A DNA stretch of 64,000 nt from Polyangia bacterium (GTDB taxonomy: Bacteria; Myxococcota_A; Polyangia; Nannocystales; Nannocystaceae), in assembly GCA_030424595.1 (NCBI GenBank), contig JAUHWG010000011.1, positions 193,130-257,129 of the forward strand. Reading direction: 5' to 3'. A program made the translations under genes and the position numbers. Shown piece after piece: positions 45,521-53,719 of the stretch (position 1 is its first letter; every line of letters begins with the position of its first letter). Under the pieces are notes generated by a model. That model saw only the letters and a list, made by a program, of their open reading frames with translations, had not been told where the DNA came from and made no database searches.

Positions 45521-45605
45521 TCAGCCCTATCATCGGTCGATCACGAGGCGGAGAGCGCCCGCGTCGCGAGCGACGGGGAGCTGGGACGAGGGGGGGCGCC
45601 GGCGC

Positions 45606-46220
45606 CTATTCCGTGACGCGGGTCTTGAGCCCGCGGCCGATCAGGTACTGCTCGATCGACGACGACCGGGTGTTCTTCGCGTGGTAGGCCCGGCCCTCCT
45701 GGAAGACCCCGCGGAGCTCGCGGAGGATCGCCGGGAACTCGCCGCCTTGGAAGATCTTGGCGACGAAGTGGCCGCCGGGGCGCAGCGCTCGCTGGGCGAT
45801 CGCGAGGGCGCGGCGGACGAGCTCCTCGCTGCGAAACTGATCGGTGTGACGGTCGCCCGTGGTGTGCGGCGCCATGTCGCTGAGGACGACGTCGAAGGGG
45901 CTGTCCTGCGGCGGCTCCCAGTCGTCGACATCGCCGACGATGGTCTCGACGTTCGGGGGGAGGGTGATCTCGACCTCCTTGAGGTCGATGCCAAGTAGAT
46001 AGCCTTCGTCGCCGATCCGGGTCACGGTGTACTGCATCCACGAGCCCGGCCAGCAGCCGAGGTCGAGGACACGGCTGCCGCGGCGGAGGAGTCGATACTT
46101 CTGATCGATCTCCTGGAGCTTGTAGATCGCGCGACCCGCATAGCCGTCGGTCTTCGCCTGTCGGTAGGCGCGGTCGTGACGATTGGAGCGGTCGCTCAGC
46201 TTGCTGCTTCGACGGGGCAT
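45606..46220 (-). CDS. rlmE: 23S rRNA (uridine-2'-O)-methyltransferase RlmE (FtsJ)
   Basis: YRQAKTDGYAGRAIYKLQEIDQKYRLL..G..VLDLGCWPGSWMQY...DVVLSDMAP matches the FtsJ motifs (K-D-K-E context, SAM-binding DLG). Confidence 0.85.
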   Translation of the reverse strand: MPRRSSKLSDRSNRHDRAYRQAKTDGYAGRAIYKLQEIDQKYRLLRRGSRVLDLGCWPGSWMQYTVTRIGDEGYLLGIDLKEVEITLPPNVETIVGDVDDWEPPQDSPFDVVLSDMAPHTTGDRHTDQFRSEELVRRALAIAQRALRPGGHFVAKIFQGGEFPAILRELRGVFQEGRAYHAKNTRSSSIEQYLIGRGLKTRVTE

Positions 46221-46334
46221 CGGCGGCTCGCAGGGTAGCAGAGGGGCGACGGCGAGAGACGAGCCCCACAATTGAGCGAGCCGCGTCCTCCCGAGAGAGT
46301 CCGCGGCCCGTCGTTCGCAAGAACGGGGAGGGGG

Positions 46335-47006
46335 CTAGCCCTTGTTCTTGCCGGCGCGGATCGCCGTCTTGACCGAGCGACGGATGGTCACGTAGCCGTT
46401 GTTGGCGCCGGGGATGGTGCCGCGGACGAGGATCAGGCCCTCGTCGCTCATGATCTTGGCGATCTTGAGGTTCTGCTGGGTGACCCGAGCGTTGCCCATG
46501 TGACCCGCCATCCGCTTGCCGGGCATAACCCGACCGGGGGTCTTGCGGCAGCCGAGGGAGCCGCCGTGACGGTAGACCTCGTGCTGGCCGTGGGCGGCCA
46601 TCTCGCCGCGCATGTTGTGGCGCTTGATGACGCCCTGGAAGCCCTTGCCCTTGCTGGTGCCGGTCACGTCGACGACCTCGCCCTCGCCGAAGATCGACAG
46701 GGGGATATCGCTACCGACGGGGTGCTCGCCGAGAACCGCCTCGGCCACGCGCAGCTCACGGACGCAGTAGCGGGGGGTCACCCCGGCTGCGCGGAACTGG
46801 CCGGCGTCCGGCTTGTTGGTCCGTCGGGGCTGCTTCTCGCCAAAACCGAGCTGGATGGCCACGTAGCCGTCTCGCTCAGAGGTTCGGTGAGCAGTCACCG
46901 TATTGCCAGCTGCGGCGAGGACCGTCACCGGAATCCGGGTGCCGTCTTCGTCGAAGATCTGGGTCATTCCAATCTTTTTGGCGATGAGCCCGAGCTGAAA
47001 GTTCAT
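46335..47006 (-). CDS. rplC: Ribosomal protein L3, located outside an S10-operon context
   Basis: MNFQLGLIAKKIGMTQIF...VTGTSKGKGFQGVIKRHN...PGKRMAGHMGNARVTQQNL aligns with E. coli L3 (GKKVGMTRIF...TGTSKGKGFAGTVKRWNF...GKKMAGQMGNERVTVQSL). Confidence 0.85.
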   Translation of the reverse strand: MNFQLGLIAKKIGMTQIFDEDGTRIPVTVLAAAGNTVTAHRTSERDGYVAIQLGFGEKQPRRTNKPDAGQFRAAGVTPRYCVRELRVAEAVLGEHPVGSDIPLSIFGEGEVVDVTGTSKGKGFQGVIKRHNMRGEMAAHGQHEVYRHGGSLGCRKTPGRVMPGKRMAGHMGNARVTQQNLKIAKIMSDEGLILVRGTIPGANNGYVTIRRSVKTAIRAGKNKG

Positions 47007-47081
47007 TGTCCGCTTCTCCACACAAGATGGCGGGATTGACCCGCCGGGGGACGGGACTATGGGACACCGAGGGGCGATTCG

Positions 47082-47972
47082 TCAACCGCCGGTCGAATCC
47101 GCTTCGGGACGTTGCTCACGCCCGCCGATGTCGGCGATCGCGGGCAGTCCGAGGGCTCGCTCGGCGTTGGCCGCCGCCTGCGACGCCAGCGCTGCGGGGT
47201 CTTCTCCGCGCAGCGCCGCCAGGTTGGCGCAGGTGAAGGCGACGTAGGAGGGCTCGTTCTTCCGGCCCCGCATCGGCACGGGCGCGAGGTAGGGGGCGTC
47301 GGTCTCGAGGAGAAGGCGATCTCCAGGGCAGGTCCGGGCCGCCTCCCGCAGCGGTTTGGCCGAGGGAAAGGTAGAGATCCCGGAGAAGGAGAGGAAGAAG
47401 CCGCGCTCAAGCCAGCCCCGGGCCTCGTCGGGATCTCCGGTGAAGCAGTGGATGATCCCGGGGCGGGAGGGCGGACGTCGGTCGATGATCGCCATCGCGT
47501 CGGCGTGGGCGTCGCGAATATGGAGGATGATCGGCTTGCCGAGGCGCTCAGCGAGCTCTAGGTGGCGATCCATCGCCTCCTTCTGCACCTCGGGGGGGGA
47601 CCGGTTGTAGTGGTAGTCGAGCCCTGACTCGCCGATGCCGACGACCTTGGGGCTCGCCGCGAGGGCGGTGATCTCGGCGATCGCCTCGTCGTCGACGGTG
47701 GTCGCCTCGTGGGGATGGACGCCGATCACGGCGTAGACCGGCGGCAGTCCCGGGCGCTCGGCCTCGGCGATCGCCACAGCCCGGGCCATCGACGTCCGCG
47801 AGCAGCCGATGTGGACCACTCGCGTCACCCCGGCGGCCGCAGCCCGGGCGAGCGTCGCCGGGAGATCGTCGACCATCGGGCTGTAGTCGAGGTGACAGTG
47901 GGTGTCGACCAGGCCTGGGAGGGTCGGCGGGGTCTGCTTCTTCTTGCTGCTCACGGCGCGGCAGCGTAGCAA
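47082..47972 (-). CDS. tatD: TatD-family metal-dependent hydrolase/DNase
   Basis: LVDTHCHLD...AIGESGLDYHY...QKEAMDRHLELAERLGKPIILHIRDA...HCFTG...LLETDAPYL are the TatD signature blocks. Confidence 0.8.
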   Translation of the reverse strand: MLRCRAVSSKKKQTPPTLPGLVDTHCHLDYSPMVDDLPATLARAAAAGVTRVVHIGCSRTSMARAVAIAEAERPGLPPVYAVIGVHPHEATTVDDEAIAEITALAASPKVVGIGESGLDYHYNRSPPEVQKEAMDRHLELAERLGKPIILHIRDAHADAMAIIDRRPPSRPGIIHCFTGDPDEARGWLERGFFLSFSGISTFPSAKPLREAARTCPGDRLLLETDAPYLAPVPMRGRKNEPSYVAFTCANLAALRGEDPAALASQAAANAERALGLPAIADIGGREQRPEADSTGG

Positions 47973-48044
47973 AGCTTCGCCCTCGGCGAGGGTCCGGGCG
48001 AAGGAGGATCCCTCGCGGGCTCGCTCCGGTGGCCGGGCGACGGC

Positions 48045-49043
48045 TCAGCCGCGGGCCGCGAGGGTCGCGAGGGCCGCGCGGGCGTCGGCGACGGCCTCCT
48101 GGACCGCGGGGGAGCGGCTCTTGCTGAAGCGATCGAGCAGGCGCTGGCCCTCCGCGGGCCGGATCCGGGCCAGGGCATAGGCCGCGCGGACCCGGGTCAC
48201 CCGCGGCTTGAGCCAGGAATTGGCGAGGGCGCGGATCGGCGAGATCGCCTCCTCCGGCGCCTCCGGCCCGAGGACGGCCAACGCTTCGAGGGAGCGGTCG
48301 CGCAGCTCCGGCTTGGCCAGCGCCCGGAGGAGGATCGGCGCGGCGTCGGGATCCCCGGCCGCCGTCAGGCCGATCGCGGCGGCGAAGAGGGTGTCGAGGT
48401 CGATCCCCGGGTCCGCGAGGACGGCCTGGAGGCGCTCGACCGTGGTCGGCGAGGGGTTGTCGATCCTGGCCAGGCCCTCGCAGAGGCCGCGGCGGACCTC
48501 AGGCTCCTCCTCTTTGGCGAGGGCGTCGGCGAGGGGCTCCTCCGCGTCGTTGCCGAGGACGTCGACGAGGGTCCCAGCGCACTGAAAGCGGACCTCGGGG
48601 TGGGGGGACTTGAGGCCGGAGGCGAGCGGCGCGGCGATCGCGGGGACCAGCGCCGCGGCGGGGTCTTCGAGGGCGGCGGCGGCCAGCTCGGCCAGGCCGA
48701 TCGCGGCGCACTCGCGGCGAAAGGCGGGCTCCTCACCGTCGCCCTCGGTCGTCAGCGCCTCCCGCAGGAGGGGGAGGGCGAGCGGATCGCCGAGCTGTCC
48801 CAGGGAGATCGCGGCGAAGCCCTGGAGCACCGGCGAGGGATCGTCGTGGGCGGCCTTGGTCAGGAGCTCCAGGACCTGGGCGCCCTTGGGGTGGCGGTCG
48901 GCGGCGCGCCAGCGGGCGGGCTTCGGCCCGAGATCCGCGAGGAGAGCGTCCCCCATGTGGCGCAGGGCCTTGTCGCGGACCCGAGGATCCTCGTGCTGGG
49001 CGTCGCGGATCGCCGCGGCGAGGGTGATCGGGGGGCCAGCCAT
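48045..49043 (-). CDS. HEAT/PBS-lyase-like repeat protein
   Basis: Repeated ~30-aa units with D/E...VR..A..ALG.LGDP periodicity throughout. Confidence 0.65.
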   Translation of the reverse strand: MAGPPITLAAAIRDAQHEDPRVRDKALRHMGDALLADLGPKPARWRAADRHPKGAQVLELLTKAAHDDPSPVLQGFAAISLGQLGDPLALPLLREALTTEGDGEEPAFRRECAAIGLAELAAAALEDPAAALVPAIAAPLASGLKSPHPEVRFQCAGTLVDVLGNDAEEPLADALAKEEEPEVRRGLCEGLARIDNPSPTTVERLQAVLADPGIDLDTLFAAAIGLTAAGDPDAAPILLRALAKPELRDRSLEALAVLGPEAPEEAISPIRALANSWLKPRVTRVRAAYALARIRPAEGQRLLDRFSKSRSPAVQEAVADARAALATLAARG

Positions 49044-49052
49044 CGGCGCTCC

Positions 49053-49415
49053 TCAGCTGTGGGTGCGCAGGGGTGCATCCGGGGGCGGGTTGGGGCTGCC
49101 GTAGAGGCGGGTGACCTCCGCGGCCATCTGTCCCCGCAGGGCCAGTCCGAGCATCTTGAAGTCGGCGATGAAAGACCAGCGCGGATACTTGAAGGTGGCG
49201 GGTCGGTTGTTCTCGACGAAGAAGTGGCCGATCCAGGCCGGGCCGTAGCCGGCGACGAAGCCGAGGAGGATCAGCGCCGGGCGGCCGGTGACGATCGCCG
49301 CGGCGAGCAGGCTGAGCGCGCAGGAGGTGCCGAAGTAGTGGAGCCCGCGGCAGACAGGGCTGCGATGCTCGCCGACGTAGTACGGCCAAAACTCGCGAAA
49401 AGAACGGATCTCCAT
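49053..49415 (-). CDS. DUF962 (Mpo1/YGL010w-like) small membrane protein
   Basis: FREFWPYYVGEHRSPVCRGLHYFGTS...two TM segments...HFFVENNRPATFKYP is the characteristic DUF962 pattern. Confidence 0.6.
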   Translation of the reverse strand: MEIRSFREFWPYYVGEHRSPVCRGLHYFGTSCALSLLAAAIVTGRPALILLGFVAGYGPAWIGHFFVENNRPATFKYPRWSFIADFKMLGLALRGQMAAEVTRLYGSPNPPPDAPLRTHS

Positions 49416-49836
49416 GGTCTCTGAGCCCTCTCTCTGGCCCCGGAAGAGTGCCGAAGGGGCGACTCTCGGTCAATCATGCACGAAGGCGGAGGGGAGCTGA
49501 CATTCCCCGGCCTGCGCGGCGAGCGAGTCATCCCCACACCCGCAAGCGGAGCCGCGAAAGACCTGCTCGGGCGAGCGAGGGGCGACGGGTGGGGCGACGG
49601 GTGGGGCGCTGCGGGAGGACCCCGTGCCTCGCGCGGAGACACGCGTATCCTGTCTCTCCAAGCAGAGGATCCCTACCCGTGGCGAGCACGTGGGATGGGA
49701 GGACCCGCGTCGCGAGCAGTTGTGTCGCGAGTCAAGCCCTAAGCGGACCGTAGATGCGGCCGAAGTGCGAAATCCGTGACGTCAGCGGTTCTATGCTGGG
49801 TTGTGAGGGGGCCTTACACCAGCGCCTGCTTCAGGC

Positions 49837-50982
49837 CTAGTGCGCCGCGCTGAGATCGAGGAGCGTCTGCTCGAGGATCAGGCGGACGTTGGCGTTGCGG
49901 CTGATCCGTTGGGTGAGGCGCTGGAGGACGGCGATCCGGGCGACGAGCTCGGCGGGGCTGGGAGTACGGCCCGTCGGCGCGCCCGGCAGGCCGGCGCGGC
50001 CGCGGATCTGCTCGCGGAGGTGGAGGATCCACAGCTCGGCGAGGCGGCTGGCCACCCACCGCTGCTGGGCCGCGCTCGCCTTCGCCTTGCCCGCGCTCTT
50101 GGACTTCTTCTTGCTGGCCCGCTTCTTCTTGCCGGCGACGGCGGCCTCTTCGGCGGCCTCTTCGGCGGCCTCCTCGGCCTGGATCGCGACGATCTCTTGG
50201 GTGGCCGCGCTGTAGGCGCTCCAGAGGGGGCTTCGATCGCCGGCGAAGATCGCCGCCGGGCCGGCATCGGCGGCGCGGATCGCCTCGCGGACCAGGTCGA
50301 GGCAGCGGTCGAGCGCCGGGTCGAGGGCGAGCTCCACCGCGACCCCGGCGCTGCCCTCCGCGAGGAGCGCGGCCATCTGTCGCCGATCGACATCGGCGTC
50401 CTGCGCCTTCTCCGCGATGATCGCCGCGACGTCGTCGTCGGCGAGGCGGCCGAGGCGGATCGGCATCGTCCGCGAGAGGATCGTCGGCAGCACCCCCTGC
50501 ATGTTGGTGGTCAGGAGGAGGAAGTGGATCCCGGGGCGCGGCTCCTCGATCGCCTTTAGGAGAGCGTTGCCGGAGTACTCGTTGAGGGCGTCGGCGGGAT
50601 CGACGACGACGACGTAGCGCTCTGACTCGTAGGGGCCGTTGGCCTGGCGGACATGGCAGGCGCGGGCGCTGTCGATCGTGATCTGGCCGGCCTTGCCGGT
50701 GGGGAGGAGCCAGTCGACGTCGGGGTGGGTGCCGCTGGCGACCCGGTGACAGACCGAGCACGCACCGCAGCCGCGACCCGGGGCCACCGTACAGAGGAGC
50801 GCTGAGGCGAGCCCGCGGGCGAGCGTCGCCTTGCCGATCCCGCGGGGGCCGACGAACATCAGCGCGTGGTGGAGGTGGCCGCGGGCGAGCGCCCTCGCGA
50901 GCATGGTCTGGGCGTCGCGGTGACCGCGGACGCCGACAAAGCCGTCGCTCGAGTGGCTCGCGCCCTGGGCCTCCGCGTCCAT
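49837..50982 (-). CDS. holB: DNA polymerase III delta-prime subunit (HolB)
   Basis: HLHHALMFVGPRGIGKATLARGLASALLC...GCGACSVCHRVASGTHPDVDWL (Zn module) and SRT motif (LPTILSRTMPIRL). AAEEAAEEAAEEAA coding repeat. Confidence 0.8.
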   Translation of the reverse strand: MDAEAQGASHSSDGFVGVRGHRDAQTMLARALARGHLHHALMFVGPRGIGKATLARGLASALLCTVAPGRGCGACSVCHRVASGTHPDVDWLLPTGKAGQITIDSARACHVRQANGPYESERYVVVVDPADALNEYSGNALLKAIEEPRPGIHFLLLTTNMQGVLPTILSRTMPIRLGRLADDDVAAIIAEKAQDADVDRRQMAALLAEGSAGVAVELALDPALDRCLDLVREAIRAADAGPAAIFAGDRSPLWSAYSAATQEIVAIQAEEAAEEAAEEAAVAGKKKRASKKKSKSAGKAKASAAQQRWVASRLAELWILHLREQIRGRAGLPGAPTGRTPSPAELVARIAVLQRLTQRISRNANVRLILEQTLLDLSAAH

Positions 50983-51095
50983 CGTCCGCAGTGTTGGCGA
51001 AAGCACGCGCGCGGGCAAGTCCGCGCGGCGAGACAGGGGGGGGCAGGTCCAGTACACTCCCTGGCGGCCCGACGAGGGCCGTCTGGAGGCGAACG

Positions 51096-51800
51096 ATGAG
51101 CGACAAGCCAGGGATTCTGAGTCGTATGCGCAGGTCGATCTCTTCCGCGTTGAGCGACGCGGTCGAAGCTGTCTCGGACCCGGGGCAGGAGATCGCGCTG
51201 ATGCTCGATGACCTCGCCGACCAGATCAAGCAGTCCGAGCGCGACCTCCACCAGTCGATCGTCGACCAGAAGATGATGGAGAAGAAGGCCGCCTCGCTGA
51301 AGAAGTCCGAGGAGGACTGGGACAAGCGGGCCGAGCAGGCGGTGCGCCTGGGCGATGAGACCCTGGCCCGCGCGGCCCTGGAGCGACGGGTCGAGATCGC
51401 CGACGAGCGCAAGGCGACCGAGGAGACGCTGGTCGAGCAGCGCAAGCTCATCGAGGACATGCGCCGCGGGATCGCCGAGGCGACGAAGCGGCACAAGAGC
51501 CTGAACAACCGGCGCGGGACGCTGATCGCCCAGGCTCGGGCGGCGAAGAAGGGGACCACCCCGAGCGGGGCGATCAACGCCAGCGGAGCGCTCGGACGGA
51601 TGGGCGCCATCGAGGATCGGATCGCCCAGATCGAGGCGCTCAACGAGGTCCACGCCGAGGGGCTCGACGCCCGCACCGAGGAGGCGGCGATCGACGCCAA
51701 GCTCGCGGCGCTCGAGGGCAACTCCGAGGTCGACGACGCCCTCGAGGCCCTGAAGGCGAAGATGGCCGGGCAGCGCCAGCTCAAGGGCGCCGACGAGTAG
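51096..51800 (+). CDS. pspA: PspA/IM30-family protein (phage shock protein A / Vipp1-like)
   Basis: MSDKPGILSRMRRSISSALSDAVE...coiled-coil...DDALEALKAKM pattern. GGAGG 6 nt upstream of the ATG. Confidence 0.85.
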   Translation: MSDKPGILSRMRRSISSALSDAVEAVSDPGQEIALMLDDLADQIKQSERDLHQSIVDQKMMEKKAASLKKSEEDWDKRAEQAVRLGDETLARAALERRVEIADERKATEETLVEQRKLIEDMRRGIAEATKRHKSLNNRRGTLIAQARAAKKGTTPSGAINASGALGRMGAIEDRIAQIEALNEVHAEGLDARTEEAAIDAKLAALEGNSEVDDALEALKAKMAGQRQLKGADE

Positions 51801-51870
51801 GTGTCCCGCCGCGGTGCAGCGCCCGCCCAAGGGCTTGACCGCGGCGTCGCCCGGCAGTAGGCCGGCGTAG

Positions 51871-53499
51871 GTGCCTGATCACCGCCAGGGCGCTGAGACG
51901 GGGGGGCGCAAGGCGAGCCTCCTCCTCGGCCTTGTCGCCCTGGCCCTGGCCTTGGGTGTCCCCTACTTCGAGGCGGTCCGCAACGCCAACGAGCGCCCCC
52001 GGCTCCTCCAGGGGATGGCCCTGGTCGAGTGCGGGGAGTGGGCGATCGACGGCCCCAGCGCTCGCCGTCTCTCCCCCGGACCGGACATCAGCCGCTCCCC
52101 GATCGACGGTCGCCTCTACCCCAACAAGCCGCCGGCGACGAGCTTGGTCGCGGCGGCTGCCTATCGTCTGGGGCAGGTCGGCGAAGCGCCGACGCTGCGC
52201 TCCTACACCCTGTGGGCGCGGCTCCTCGGCGGTTGGCTGCCGACGATGCTGCTGGTCCTGTGGATGTGGCGGCGCTTCGCCCCGAGCCTCGGTCCGGCGC
52301 CGGTCGCCGCCGCCCTGACGATCTACGCCCTCGGCACGCCCGCTGCGTCCTATGCCCATCTCCTCTACGGGCATCAGCTCGCCGCCGCCTTCCTCGCCGT
52401 CGGCTCGCTCCTGATCGTCGACGGAGCGGTCGGCGGGCGCCGGCGCTGGGCCGCGGTCGGCGGGGTGATGGCGTCCCTCAGCATCACCGTCGAGTACGGG
52501 GCGGCCTTCGCCGGCCTGCCGATCGCGGTGTTCCTCGTCGCCGCGCTCCGCAGGCGGGGGAGGGCGGCGCTGCCGTCGATCATCGCCGCCGTCGCGGCGG
52601 CCCTGGTCCCGGTGATCCTCCTCGGGGCCTATCACGCGGCGGTCTACGGATCGCCCTGGGCGACCGGCTACCACCACGTCATCAACCCCGACTTCGCGGC
52701 GAAGCACGGGCAGGGCTTTCTCGGGCTCGGGCTGCCGACCGTCGCCGGGATCCGCGAGCATATCCTCGCCGCAGACACCGGCCTCCTGTGGTGGGCGCCC
52801 CTCTCTGTCGCCGGCCTGGTCGGCCTTGTCGGCCTCGGGCGGACAGCGGAGGAGCCGAGGCTGCGGGCGCAGGCGTGGCTGCTCTGCGGGATCCTCGGCC
52901 TCTTCTTCCTCCTCACCGTCAGCCTCTCCTTTACCGGGGGTTGGCGGGTCGGTCCTCGCTATGTGGTGGTCGCCTTGCCGGCGATGGTGCCGGGCCTCGC
53001 GTGGGTTCTCGCAGAGGCCCGCCGGCGGCCGGTCGTGCTGACCGGCATCGTCGCCCTCGGGACCTGGTCGACCGTGGTGAACGGGCTCGCGGCGAACCTC
53101 TGGCCCCACATCGATCCGACCAACGTAGACTTCCCAGTCGGGGAGGTGTTGGTCCCGCTCGCCCGGACGGTCCAGCCCTACAACCTGCTCTCCGCCGCTG
53201 GATCGGGCGATCTTCCGGCGATGTCGCTGGTCGCCGTGATGACCGCGGTGGCCCTCCTCGGCGCGCTCCTTTGGCTCATCCGAGGTGCGCGCCAGGCGTA
53301 CGGCGCAGTCGTACTCGGGGTCGGGATCGGGCTTGTTAGTTTTGCGCTCTCGCTCCGGCTGCCGGCGCATCCACGGGCCGAGGCTAACCTTCGCTACATC
53401 GAACGGGTATGGGAGCCGCGAGAGGGGGCTCCAGGCCCCTCTGTGACCTTGGATAGGCTCCCCGAAGGCTCGCGGCGTTGCGGACACCACACTCGTTAG
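51871..53499 (+). CDS. Polytopic integral membrane protein, about 12 TM, possibly a GT-C-fold glycosyltransferase (PMT/ArnT-like)
   Basis: Multiple hydrophobic helices across the whole protein and a periplasmic loop after TM1. No diagnostic motif, so the function is an inference. Confidence 0.55.
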   Translation: MPDHRQGAETGGRKASLLLGLVALALALGVPYFEAVRNANERPRLLQGMALVECGEWAIDGPSARRLSPGPDISRSPIDGRLYPNKPPATSLVAAAAYRLGQVGEAPTLRSYTLWARLLGGWLPTMLLVLWMWRRFAPSLGPAPVAAALTIYALGTPAASYAHLLYGHQLAAAFLAVGSLLIVDGAVGGRRRWAAVGGVMASLSITVEYGAAFAGLPIAVFLVAALRRRGRAALPSIIAAVAAALVPVILLGAYHAAVYGSPWATGYHHVINPDFAAKHGQGFLGLGLPTVAGIREHILAADTGLLWWAPLSVAGLVGLVGLGRTAEEPRLRAQAWLLCGILGLFFLLTVSLSFTGGWRVGPRYVVVALPAMVPGLAWVLAEARRRPVVLTGIVALGTWSTVVNGLAANLWPHIDPTNVDFPVGEVLVPLARTVQPYNLLSAAGSGDLPAMSLVAVMTAVALLGALLWLIRGARQAYGAVVLGVGIGLVSFALSLRLPAHPRAEANLRYIERVWEPREGAPGPSVTLDRLPEGSRRCGHHTR

Positions 53500-53719
53500 G
53501 GCGACTCCTGTGGGCTGTGAGTGGGGGGGCGTGCCCCCTCTGCGCGGCGTGCAGAAGTGAGCCAGGGCAGAGCCGGCTCGGCCGCCAAGGCCGAACGCCG
53601 CGGCCATGCGTTGGCGCTGATCCGGCGGCGATTGACGCCGCTGTGATACCTTTCGGCGGTACGCTGGCGCCTCAGCGCGGGCTGAGGTCGGGTCTGCCGG
53701 TCGGGCCCCACGAGATCGC

